From NCBI GenBank assembly GCA_032128175.1, contig JAQBHC010000166.1, forward strand, positions 1 to 55,403: a stretch of 55,403 bases of DNA. The letters are read 5' to 3'. Source of the DNA: Chloroflexota bacterium. GTDB taxonomy: Bacteria; Chloroflexota; Limnocylindria; Limnocylindrales; CSP1-4. Within the stretch, counting starts at the first letter, position 1; each line of letters opens with the position of its first letter. The translations under genes and the position numbers were made by a program. Of this stretch, positions 1-9,800 are shown one piece after another. The notes beneath the pieces are model-generated. The model had not been told where the DNA came from. It made no database searches and saw only the letters and a list, made by a program, of their open reading frames with translations.

Positions 1-95
1 GGGCACGACGCCGGTGATCGATTGCCAGCGCGAATGGGCCGAGGCCGTCACCATTACGCACGCGGGACCTCGAAGCCCGTTGTGGAAGGGACTCG

Positions 96-1064
96 ATGAC
101 CGCTTCAGGACTCGCCCTGGCGACGTACGGGCTGCGCAAGAGCTACGGCTCGCGCCTGGCGCTGGATGGCCTGGACCTACGCGTCCCTGCCGGCGTCGTG
201 TATGGCTTCCTGGGCCCGAACGGTGCCGGCAAGACCACGACGATGCGTGTCCTGACCGGGCTCGTTCACTCTGACGGCGGCACGGTCGAGATGTTCGGAC
301 GACCATTCACCCGGCGAGATCGGCATCAACTCTTCGACGTCGGGGCCTTGGTGGAGTCGCCGTCGTTCTATCCCTATCTCTCGGGCCGGGACAACCTGCG
401 CGCGCTGGCCGCCAGCGGCGCGCCGTCGGGCGGAGCACGGATCGACGAGATCCTCGAAACGGTCGGGCTGCGGGAGCGCGGCGGGGACAAGGTCTCGCGC
501 TACTCGCTGGGAATGAAGCAGCGGCTCGGGATCGCCGGCGCGCTCCTCAGTGACCCGACGCTCCTCCTGCTCGACGAGCCAGCAAACGGACTCGATCCAG
601 CCGGGATCGTCGCGATGCGCGACACGCTTCGACACCTGGCGTCGCTCGGGAAGACCGTGTTCGTATCCAGTCACCTGCTCGCCGAAGTCCAGCAGATGGC
701 CGACATCGTGGGGATCATCGCGGCCGGCAAGCTGGTCCGGGAGGGGCCGATTCGCGAGCTGCTCGCGAGCGAGGGCGTCGTGCGAGCACGGGTCGGCGTC
801 GATGCGTTGCCCCGGGCGATGGAGGCCCTCGCCCGGCTGGCGCCGGCAGACCACGTGACCGCGAGTCCCGAGGACGGTGGCTGGATCTCGGTCAATGTCG
901 ACCACGACCAGGCGATTGAAGTCAACCGTGCGCTCGCCGAGGCGGGCGTGTACGCGTCGGCACTCAGCTCGGGCAGCAACCTCGAGGCCCTGTTCCTGTC
1001 GATCACCGGCGCCGCCGCCGCGGCCGATCCGGACGGCACCTTCGCATCGATCCACCGGTCATGA
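96..1064 (+). CDS. ABC transporter ATP-binding protein (ABC-2/BcrA-like exporter)
   Basis: Walker A GPNGAGKT, signature YSLGMKQRL, Walker B LLLLDEP, SSH switch; stop overlaps the permease start (ATGA). Confidence 0.95.
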   Translation: MTASGLALATYGLRKSYGSRLALDGLDLRVPAGVVYGFLGPNGAGKTTTMRVLTGLVHSDGGTVEMFGRPFTRRDRHQLFDVGALVESPSFYPYLSGRDNLRALAASGAPSGGARIDEILETVGLRERGGDKVSRYSLGMKQRLGIAGALLSDPTLLLLDEPANGLDPAGIVAMRDTLRHLASLGKTVFVSSHLLAEVQQMADIVGIIAAGKLVREGPIRELLASEGVVRARVGVDALPRAMEALARLAPADHVTASPEDGGWISVNVDHDQAIEVNRALAEAGVYASALSSGSNLEALFLSITGAAAAADPDGTFASIHRS

Positions 1065-1858
1065 GGCTCTACCTCTCCGGCCTTCGAAAGCTGAGTACGC
1101 GGATGGCCAGCGTCCTGACGCTCGGGATCCTTGCCGGGCTCCTCGTGATGATCGAGCTGGCCGTTGCGACCACCCGCGGCAGGGACGACGGCGACTCCCG
1201 CGCCGCCCTGGTGCTGGTCACGTTCCCCCTTGCCTACGATGCGATTCTCGGTTTCCTCCTCGGCTTCGGCGGCCTCCTCGGCGTGACCTACGGGGCCGCG
1301 ATTGCGGGATCGGAATGGACGTGGGGGACGCTCAAGACGGCCGTCGCCAGGGGCGAGAGCAGGACCAGGTACTTGCTCACGACGTTCGCCGCGATCGTGA
1401 CGATGATCGCGATTGGCCTGAGCCTCGCGTTCCTCATCGGGGTCGCCGGGGCAGCCGCGGGCGCGACCATCGCCGGGATCAGTCTCGACGGGATGACCGA
1501 CGCGAATGTGCTCGAAGCTCTTCCGGAGAACTTCGTGCGCGGGTTGATTGCGATCAGCATGACCGCGGCCGTTGGGTTCGCCGTCGCCACCCTGGCGAGA
1601 AGTCAGCTGGCGGGAATCGGGGTCGGGATCGCCCTCTATTTCGGGGAGGCGTTTGCGACGATCTTCCTGCCCGACATCGTCAAGTACCTGCCGTTCAACC
1701 TGTCGAACGCTGCGGTGGGGGGCGGTGGCGGGTTCGGGGGGCCAGGTCTTGCAGTCCAGCTGAGCGCCGACACCGCGCTCGTGCTCGTCGTCGTCTGGAT
1801 GATCGGCGCGCTCACGGTCGCCGCCGGATTCGCGGAGCGCGCCGAGATCACCGGCTGA
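1061..1858 (+). CDS. ABC-2 type transporter permease
   Basis: About 6 hydrophobic segments, EWTWGTLKT motif typical of ABC-2 permeases, coupled to the ATPase gene. Confidence 0.9.
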   Translation: MRLYLSGLRKLSTRMASVLTLGILAGLLVMIELAVATTRGRDDGDSRAALVLVTFPLAYDAILGFLLGFGGLLGVTYGAAIAGSEWTWGTLKTAVARGESRTRYLLTTFAAIVTMIAIGLSLAFLIGVAGAAAGATIAGISLDGMTDANVLEALPENFVRGLIAISMTAAVGFAVATLARSQLAGIGVGIALYFGEAFATIFLPDIVKYLPFNLSNAAVGGGGGFGGPGLAVQLSADTALVLVVVWMIGALTVAAGFAERAEITG

Positions 1859-1897
1859 CGGACCGGTTGTGAGTCCGGTGTGCCCTACCATCGAGCG

Positions 1898-4003
1898 ATG
1901 ACAGGAAGTCACCAACACAAGCACACCAATCGCCTGGCGGGTGAGACCAGCCCCTACCTCCTCCAGCACGCGCACAACCCGGTGGACTGATATCCGTGGG
2001 GTCCCGACGCGCTGGCTCGAGCCAAGCTGCTGGACCGGCCGATCTTCCTGTCGATCGGCTACGCGGCGTGCCACTGGTGCCATGTCATGGAGCGGGAGTC
2101 GTTCGAGGACGAGGCGACCGCGGAGGTGCTCAACGAGCGCTTCGTGGCGATCAAGGTGGATCGCGAGGAGCGCCCGGATCTGGACCAACTCTACATGGGT
2201 GCCGTCCAGGCGATGACCGGCAGCGGTGGGTGGCCGATGTCCGTTTTCCTGACGCCCGAGGGCCGTCCGTTCTATGGGGGCACCTACTTCCCCGAAGAGC
2301 CCCGCCACGGCCTGCCGAGTTTCCGTCAGGTCCTCGAGGGTGTGAGCGCCGCCTGGCGGACGGATCGGGCCCAGGTCGAGGAGGCCGGCGCCAAGCTCGT
2401 GGGCTCGCTTGTCGAGGGGGCCCGGCTGCCGGCCGCCGCGGACCTGCCTGCTCCGGACATGCTGGACACCGCCGTCCTGTTGATCGAGCAAGGCTTCGAT
2501 GCCACGACTGGCGGTTGGGGGACTGCTCCGAAATTCCCGCAGCCGATGACGATCGAGTTCATGCTCAACCGAGCCGCAGCCACGGACGATTCGCGCCCGC
2601 TGGCCGTCGCGCGGCGTGCCCTCGACACCATGGCCGCCGGCGGGATCCATGATCAACTCGGGGGCGGGTTTCACCGTTATGCCACCGATGCACGCTGGCT
2701 GGTGCCGCATTTCGAAGAGATGCTCTACGACAACGCCCAGATTGCGCGCGTCTACGTGCACGCCTGGGCCGTGACCGGCGACTCGGCATATCGAGACGTC
2801 GCCTGCGGTGTGCTGGACGCGATTATTCGCGATTTCACGACGTCCAACGGGGCGTTCGCCGCGAGCCTCGACGCCGATACCGACGGCGAAGAGGGCCTGA
2901 CCTACACGTGGGACGCGGTCGAGGTGAGGGCGCTCCTCGGCGACACGGCGCCGCTCTTGAGTACCGCCTACGGCGTGACGGATGCCGGCAACTGGGAGGG
3001 TCGGACGATCCTGTCCCGGATCCGCTCCGACCGCGAACTCGCGCAGCAGTACGGACTCACGGAGAACGCAGTTCGCGACGCCCTCGCGGAGGCGCGCGGA
3101 ACCTTGTTCGAAGCTCGGCAGCACCGGTCCCAGCCGGCCCGTGACGACAAGGCGCTCGCAGCCTGGAACGGGCTGGCGATCGGAGCGCTGGCCGCTGCCG
3201 CCCGCCAGCTGGACCTCGCAGCAGCCGGCTCCGATGCGCTGGCCGCCGCGCGCTACCTCAGCGCAGCTACCCGTGCCGCAGAGACGATCACGGGCGGGCT
3301 CCTCGGGGCGGATCAGCGGCTCGGGCGCTCGTGGAAGGACGGCCGGGCGACCGCCCAGGGCGTCCTCGAGGACTACGCGACGCTGGCTGAAGGGCTGCTG
3401 ACGCTGTACGAGGCCGGTCACGAGGAGCGCTGGTTCGTGATCGCCCGGGACCTCGCTGAGCAGATCCTCGAGCGCTTCGCCGATCCGGCGGGAGGCTTCT
3501 TTGACACCGCCTCCGATCACGAGCGTCTCGTCGCCCGTCAGAAGGACGTCCAGGACAACGCCACGCCGTCCGGGAACGCGATGGCCGCGCTCGTCCTGCT
3601 GCGCCTTGCTGCGCTGACCGGCGACGGCCGCTACGCACGCGCAGCCGAGGGCGCCATCCGTACGGTCGCGCCGCTCGTGGCCCGGCACCCGACGGCCTTC
3701 GCCAAGTGGCTGTCCGCCATCGACCTGGCGCTGGCGTCCGTCGCTGAGATCGCCATCGTGGGTGCGCCCGGGGACCCGGCGACCCGCGAGCTGCTGGGCG
3801 TCGTGGCGGCGCAGCAGGGAATGCCGCTCGTCGTGGCGGTGTCGCCTTCGCCGGACTCGAGCGTGGTGCCCCTGCTCGCGGGACGCACCCAAATCGGCGG
3901 TCGTCCGACGGCCTATGTGTGTCGAGCGTTTGCCTGCCAAATGCCGGTCACCGACCCGGATGCGTTGGCCATCCAGCTCCGCGAGCAGCAGGCCACCCTG
4001 TGA
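1898..4003 (+). pseudogene. YyaL/SPATA20-like thioredoxin-domain plus six-hairpin glycosidase-like protein, interrupted by in-frame TGA at 1988-1990
   Basis: ATG 1898 reads [37 protein letters not shown]...LSIGYAACHWCHVMERESFED, in frame with ORF 2087..4003. The family motif is NPVDWYPWG. Family call is secure; pseudogene versus sequence error is unresolved. Confidence 0.75.
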
Positions 4004-5139
4004 GTGACCCGCCAAGCGGCAAGGACAACGATCGTGGCGCTCCTGGACCGGTCGAGGCCGTTCGGGAGGGCCGCGCCCACCCCGGAGATGTCGGTGCGCG
4101 ACCGGTCGCAGCCGCAACCGTGGTGCTCCTCCGACCCGGGCCGGACGGGCTCGAGGTGCTCCTGACCCGCCGCCCGGCGACCATGGTCTTTGCGCCCGAC
4201 ATCCACGTCTTTCCGGGCGGGCGCGTCGATCCCGGCGACGGTTTGCCTGATCACCCGCTGGCAGGGGGCCTGACGCCGGAGCGTGCCGCACAACGCCTCG
4301 CCGGCACGCTCCCGCCGCTCGAGGCGTTCGCGCACCACGTGGCGGCCGTCCGGGAGACGCTCGAGGAGACCGGGATCAGGGTCGCCGCCCTCGACCTCGT
4401 TCCGCTGTCACGCTGGGTGACGCCCCCGTCGCTGGCGCGCCGGTTCGACGTTCGGTTCTTCGCGGTGCAGGTTCCGGCCGGCACCGAGGTGGTGCTAGCG
4501 TCTTCCGAGGTGTCGTCGGTGCAGTGGGTCATGCCCGGCCTGGCGCTCGAGGCCGCACGCGTTGGCGCGCTGGCGTTGCTGGCGCCCACACTCGTGACCC
4601 TTGAGCAGCTGGCCGCGTGTGCGGACATGACCGCCGTTTCGGACGCTTTTCGGCCGGGCCCGGCCATGAGTCCGCCGACGATCGGACCGTCCGATCGCGG
4701 CGTATCGAAGATCGATCAGCGCTGGGCGGGTGGCATCGCCGGACGCGCCGCCCCCGGCTGGCTGGTCGGCGAGCGCGAGCTTGTGCTCGTGAATCCTGCC
4801 GATCCCACCGGCGTGACCAGCGCCGTCGTCGACGAGGTCATCACGGCTCGTGGCGCGAAACTGGTCGGGATCGCACTCACCGGACTCCGTCCTCAGCAAC
4901 ACGCTGGCGTTGAGCTCTATGCGGCGGGCCGTGGACTGCCGGTCGTCGCCGGACAAGGCGCCGCGCGAATGGCCCCCTATCCGGTCGTGGAACTGGAAGC
5001 CGGCGACACGGTTCCCTACGGAGATCTGACGTTGACCAGCGTTGCCCCTCCGATTCCGGCCGACGGGGCGCTGGATTACCTCGTGCGGGGCGACCGGCGC
5101 CTCCCGCCGGACGGCTTCGAGAGCGCTCCGGTCGACTGA
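4000..5139 (+). CDS. Nudix hydrolase (Nudt19-like) fused to a degenerate metallo-beta-lactamase-like domain
   Basis: AATVVLLR, VFPGGRVD, AVRETLEETG Nudix box, RWVTP..RRFDVRFF; GTG 4000 overlaps the upstream TGA (GTGA). Confidence 0.8.
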   Translation: MSDPPSGKDNDRGAPGPVEAVREGRAHPGDVGARPVAAATVVLLRPGPDGLEVLLTRRPATMVFAPDIHVFPGGRVDPGDGLPDHPLAGGLTPERAAQRLAGTLPPLEAFAHHVAAVRETLEETGIRVAALDLVPLSRWVTPPSLARRFDVRFFAVQVPAGTEVVLASSEVSSVQWVMPGLALEAARVGALALLAPTLVTLEQLAACADMTAVSDAFRPGPAMSPPTIGPSDRGVSKIDQRWAGGIAGRAAPGWLVGERELVLVNPADPTGVTSAVVDEVITARGAKLVGIALTGLRPQQHAGVELYAAGRGLPVVAGQGAARMAPYPVVELEAGDTVPYGDLTLTSVAPPIPADGALDYLVRGDRRLPPDGFESAPVD

Positions 5140-5579
5140 GAGTCCGGCCCCGCCACCGTCGACCGGCCTGACGCCCGGGTTTCCGCGGTGATCCCGAACC
5201 AGCGACGGGTTCGCAGCAGCACCACGACCGCACCGAGATGGGCAAACCCGAGCGCGGCAGCAACGGGGCTTGGCAGGGCCAGGAGGTAGGCGATGGCGAA
5301 CAGGCCAGCGAGGTTGAGCGCGGCGAGCCAGCCGCGGCCAGTCCGAATCAGGACGCCGAGGACCACCGAGGCGGCGTACAGGACCGCAGCGACGCCGAGA
5401 ATCGGCCCCTTGGCGGGGAGGCTGCCGGTCACCACGAAATCACCCACAGCGACTTGGGTCAACCCGAACAGGCCGCCGAAGACGAGCAGTGCGGCGACCA
5501 TGTCCACGGTCGCGGGACGCACCAGAGGCGACGGCGCCGAGCCCTTGACCCCGATCGGGCTCTCGCCCGGTCGAGTCAC
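5076..5579 (-). CDS. Hypothetical membrane protein (about 4 TM)
   Basis: Four hydrophobic stretches; GTG start overlaps the tatA stop; 3' end overlaps the convergent Nudix gene. Confidence 0.65.
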   Translation of the reverse strand: MTRPGESPIGVKGSAPSPLVRPATVDMVAALLVFGGLFGLTQVAVGDFVVTGSLPAKGPILGVAAVLYAASVVLGVLIRTGRGWLAALNLAGLFAIAYLLALPSPVAAALGFAHLGAVVVLLRTRRWFGITAETRASGRSTVAGPDSQSTGALSKPSGGRRRSPRTR

Positions 5580-5752
5580 TGCTCGGGGGTGTCCTTCTCG
5601 TCGTCGCCGTCCTTGCGCATGGCTCGCGCTTCGTCCCGTGCGCCCTTGACGCCGCGACCCAGCATTCGTCCGATCTGCGGGAGTGTCCCAGGTCCACGCC
5701 AGACCACCACGATGACGAGCACGATCACGAGGATGACGAAGGTATCGCTCAT
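5576..5752 (-). CDS. tatA: Twin-arginine translocase TatA/TatE-family subunit (58 aa)
   Basis: MSDTFVILVIVLVIVVVWRGPGTLPQIGRMLGRGVKGARDE: N-terminal TM, GP hinge, LP..GR.LG amphipathic helix, acidic tail; TACCAT 6 nt before ATG 5752. Confidence 0.8.
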   Translation of the reverse strand: MSDTFVILVIVLVIVVVWRGPGTLPQIGRMLGRGVKGARDEARAMRKDGDDEKDTPEQ

Positions 5753-5852
5753 GGCCCGATGGTACCCGACGGTCGGCCCGGCAGAGCGGCGTTCGGAAAT
5801 GGAAACGACCCGGGCCGGAGCCCGGGTCGTTCGTTGCGTGCCGGAGATCTGG

Positions 5853-6620
5853 TCAGCCGGATGATCCTGGCGTTCGAGTCGAAACCTTTGCCCGCCAAGG
5901 CGTCCCAAGCATCGGGAGGAGGTAGCGGTCGAGGCCGTAGTACCCGGCGACTCGCCAGGCAACGATCAGTCCGATCGCGAGGGTGAACAGGACCGGGTTG
6001 GTCGACGCTGAGCCGGCCAGCAGGAAGGACATGTTCATCAGCGCCCCGAAGAACGCTGCGATGCCCACGAGGGCACCGACGATGAGCCCGACACCAACGG
6101 CGATCTCGCCGAACACGATGAGATAGCTGAACCACGACTCGGCACCGTTGTCGAGCAGCACGTTGAGGAAGTCGCGATACCACTCGAATGAGATCGACGG
6201 CCGACCCTCCTCGGGGATGGCGGCCGCACGCTCCCAGTAGCCGCGCAGAGCCGAGCCACCGTCGAGCCAGCCTTCGCCCTCGAACTTGTGCCAGCCCGCT
6301 TCGATCCACGAAAAACCGAGGAACAAACGGATGGGCAGCCAGAAGAGGCCGGCGCGCGTGTTGCTGAACAGGTAGCGCGTGAACGTCGGACCTTCGACCT
6401 CCACGACCTGCGCTTCGGGCTGATTTCGGTCCGTGAAGAAGAGTGCGACCACCACGATTGCCAGGATCCAGAACGCCACGGTCACGATGGACCGGAGCGA
6501 GTCACCACCGATCGTCTCTGGCCGGATCTCCGTAACAGGAATCTCCATCCACAGGACCAGCACCGCCGCGAGAAGCCCAAGCGGCGTAGCCCACTTCCTG
6601 AAACTCGTCATTATTCCCAT
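5853..6620 (-). CDS. DoxX/DoxD-family membrane protein
   Basis: RLFLGFSWIEAGWHK, WY..FL, GEIAVGVGLIVG, GSASTNP, AG.YGLD motifs; alternative start 6611. Confidence 0.88.
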   Translation of the reverse strand: MGIMTSFRKWATPLGLLAAVLVLWMEIPVTEIRPETIGGDSLRSIVTVAFWILAIVVVALFFTDRNQPEAQVVEVEGPTFTRYLFSNTRAGLFWLPIRLFLGFSWIEAGWHKFEGEGWLDGGSALRGYWERAAAIPEEGRPSISFEWYRDFLNVLLDNGAESWFSYLIVFGEIAVGVGLIVGALVGIAAFFGALMNMSFLLAGSASTNPVLFTLAIGLIVAWRVAGYYGLDRYLLPMLGTPWRAKVSTRTPGSSG

Positions 6621-6818
6621 CCCTTCTACCTGTTGGCCGAGATCCTCGTTAGACCTCGCGTCATCGAGGCCCCCACGATGTCTGGACCTGCGGTCGCAAT
6701 CATCGACCAGCAGCCACCGTCAATCAACTGGCCAATGGCACCCTCGCGGGCGTGCCATTAGGCGCGGGACCCATGCTGAACGGCATGGTCGTGAGAGTAG
6801 ACAGGGTCCGCCCGATTT

Positions 6819-6855
6819 CGAACATCCGATCGGTCTCATGGTCGCGCGGTACACT
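6819..6855 (+). promoter_or_regulatory. Putative lhr promoter: LexA-like box CGAAC-ATCC-GATCG (6819-6832) and -10 TACACT (6850-6855)
   Basis: One mismatch to CGAAC-N4-GTTCG, positioned over the expected -35 region of a DNA-repair helicase gene. Confidence 0.45.
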
Positions 6856-6864
6856 CAGCGCCCC

Positions 6865-9800
6865 GTGAGCTCGATGACTCCGTCTTCCCCGACGACCGAT
6901 CAGCCGGATCCGCTGGCGCTCTTCACGCCGGCTGCGCGCACGTGGTTCGAGGGCGCATTCGAGCGTCCGACGCCGGCTCAGGCCGGGGGGTGGGGCGAGA
7001 TCGCTGCCGGGCGCCACACGCTCATCCACGCGCCCACGGGGAGCGGCAAGACCCTCGCGGCGTTCCTGTGGTGCCTGGATCGGCTGGCCCGCCATCCAAC
7101 CCCTCCACCGACCCATGAGGCGCCGGGGGGCGTCCGCGTCCTCTATGTCTCCCCGCTCAAGGCGCTGACGTACGACGTGGAGCGGAATCTACGAGCTCCG
7201 CTGCATGGAATTGCCCTGGCCGCACAGCAGCTGGGTGAGCCGGCGCCCATGATTACGATCGCATCTCGAACCGGCGACACCCCGCAGGAGGATCGCAGGC
7301 GGCTGGCCAAGTCGCCGCCTGACATCCTGGTCACGACGCCGGAGAGCCTGTACCTGCTCCTGACATCGGCAGCCCGGGAGGGCCTTCGACGCGTGGAGAC
7401 GGTCATCGTGGATGAGGTTCATGCGATGGCCGGGAACAAGCGAGGCGCCCACCTGGCGCTGTCACTCGAGCGCCTCGAGGCACTTCGGGGACCGGATGAG
7501 CCGCCGCTCCAACGGATCGGCCTGTCGGCCACGCAACGGCCACTCGAAACGATTGCGCGGTTCCTGGGGGGCGTCGGCGCGGGCCGCGATGTGGCCGTGG
7601 TCGATGCCGGGTCACGCAAGACGCTCGAGCTGGAAGTCGTGGTCCCGGTCGAGGACATGAGCCGGCTCGGGGAGATCGTCACGGCTGATTCCACGGGTTC
7701 CGCGACGGACGGGCCGGTCTGGCGAGACGACCTCCGGACGAGCATCTGGCCGGCCATCCACCCGCGCATCCTCGAGTTGATCAGGACCCACCGCAGCACT
7801 ATCGTCTTCACCAACAGCCGGCGCCTGGCCGAGCGGCTCGCGCATCGGCTCAACGACCTGGCCGGCGAGGAGCTCGTTCGCGCGCATCACGGGAGCATCG
7901 CGCGCGAACAGCGGCAGGAGATCGAGGAGGCACTCAAGGACGGCCGCCTGCCGGCCATCGTTGCCACGAGCAGCCTGGAGCTCGGGATCGACATGGGGGC
8001 CGTGGATCTCGTGATCCTGGTCGAATCGCCGACCAGCGTCGCATCGGGACTGCAGCGCGTCGGCCGCGCCGGGCACCAGATCGGCGAGCCCTCTCGCGGC
8101 GTCCTCTTCCCGAAATTCCGGGGCGATCTGCTCGAAGCTGCCGTGGTGGTCGGGCGGATGCACGAAGGCGCCATCGAAACCACCGTCATGCCGCGCAACC
8201 CGCTCGATGTCCTCGCCCAGCAGATCGTCGCCATGACAGTGCTCGAACCCTGGACCGTCGCAGATCTGCACGCAGCGGTGACCCGTGCGGCGCCCTTCGA
8301 ATCGCTCTCCCGAGAAGCCCTCGAAGCCGTGCTCGGCATGCTGGCAGGAGCCTTTCCATCCGACGAATTCGCCGCGCTGAAGGCCAGGATCGTCTGGGAT
8401 CGGGTCACCGACGTGGTCGAGGGCAGGCGGGACGCCAGGGTCCTGGCGGTCACCTCGGGTGGCACGATTCCAGATCGCGGCCTGTTCGGCGTCTTCCTTG
8501 CCGGCGAGGCCGGAACTCCCGGGCGGCGCGTCGGCGAGCTCGATGAGGAGATGGTCTACGAACTCCGCGCGGGGATGCACGGCGACGTCATCGTCCTCGG
8601 TGCGAGCAGCTGGCGGATTCTCGAGATCACACCGGACCGCGTCATCGTGCAGCCGGCACCCGGCGTGCCCGGCAAGCTGCCGTTCTGGAAGGGAGACACC
8701 ATCGGTCGTCCGATCGAGCTCGGGAGAGCGATCGGCGCCTTCGTGCGCGAGGTCGAGGCGGATCTAGCGCGGGGCAACAGCGGACGGGCGACCGTGCTCA
8801 AGCGCTTTCGCGCGGTCCACGACCTCGACGATCTTGCAGCCCGGAATCTGATCGCCTATCTGGAAGAGGAACTCGAGGTCTCGGGAGCCCTGCCGACGGA
8901 TCGGCGCGTCGTGATCCAGCGATTCCGCGATGAATTGGGCGACTGGCGCCTGGTGATCCTGACTCCGTTTGGGGGGCGTATTCACGCTCCATGGACGCTG
9001 GCGATCGAGCAGCGCCTGCGCGATCGACTCGGGATCGACGCCCAGACCATCTGGTCCGACGACGGGATCGCGATCCGACTTCCGGACGGCGAGGGCGATG
9101 GTGGCGTTGGGCGGCTGGCCGAGATCGAGGCGCTCCTGTTCCCGGCGTCGGACGAAGTCGAGGAGCTGGTCGTCGAAACAGTCGGTTCCTCCGCACTGTT
9201 TGCGTCGCGATTCCGGGAGAACGCCGGCAGGGCGCTCCTGTTGCCGCGCCGCCGACCCGGAACGCGGACGCCGCTTTGGCAGCAGCGACAGCGGTCGGCC
9301 GACCTGCTCGCGGTCGCTGCGCGCCACGGGAGCTTCCCGATCCTCGTCGAGACGTATCGCGAGTGCCTGTCCGATGTCTTCGACCTCGACGCGCTCCGCG
9401 AGGTCCTCGGAGCGGTTGAGCGGCGCGAGATCCTCGTCCATGCCGTCGAAACCACCCGGGCCTCGCCATTCGCCTCGTCCCTCCTGTTCGACTACGTCGC
9501 TGCGTACATGTACGAAGGCGACGCGCCGCTTGCGGAACGGCGCGCCGGCGCGCTGGCGCTCGACCGCGACCTCCTGCGCGAGCTGCTCGGACAGGAAGAA
9601 CTTCGGGAATTGCTCGACGGCGAAGCGCTGGCCGACCTCGAGCTGTCCCTTCAGGCGCTCGTCGATGACCGCCAGGCCGGGACCGTCGATCAGGTCCACG
9701 ACCTGCTCCGCCGGCTCGGCGACCTGAGCGGTGACGAGGTCGAGGCGCGGGTGGGCGGTGGCAGCGCCAACGCACGGCCGTGGCTCGATGAGCTGCAGGC

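Noticed and set aside
1988-2030. Selenocysteine or alternative genetic code for the in-frame TGA
   Set aside because: The homologous residue is Trp, not Cys; no convincing SECIS; TGA is the normal stop for many genes here.
671-4291. 1206-aa minus-strand ORF and other long antisense ORFs (e.g. 16043..18187, 19879..21255)
   Set aside because: Shadow frames of well-supported genes in high-GC DNA; Arg/Gly/Pro-rich with no motifs.
6433-6864. N-terminal extension of Lhr in the ORF track
   Set aside because: Overlaps doxX and the promoter region; similarity to Lhr begins only after about 6900.
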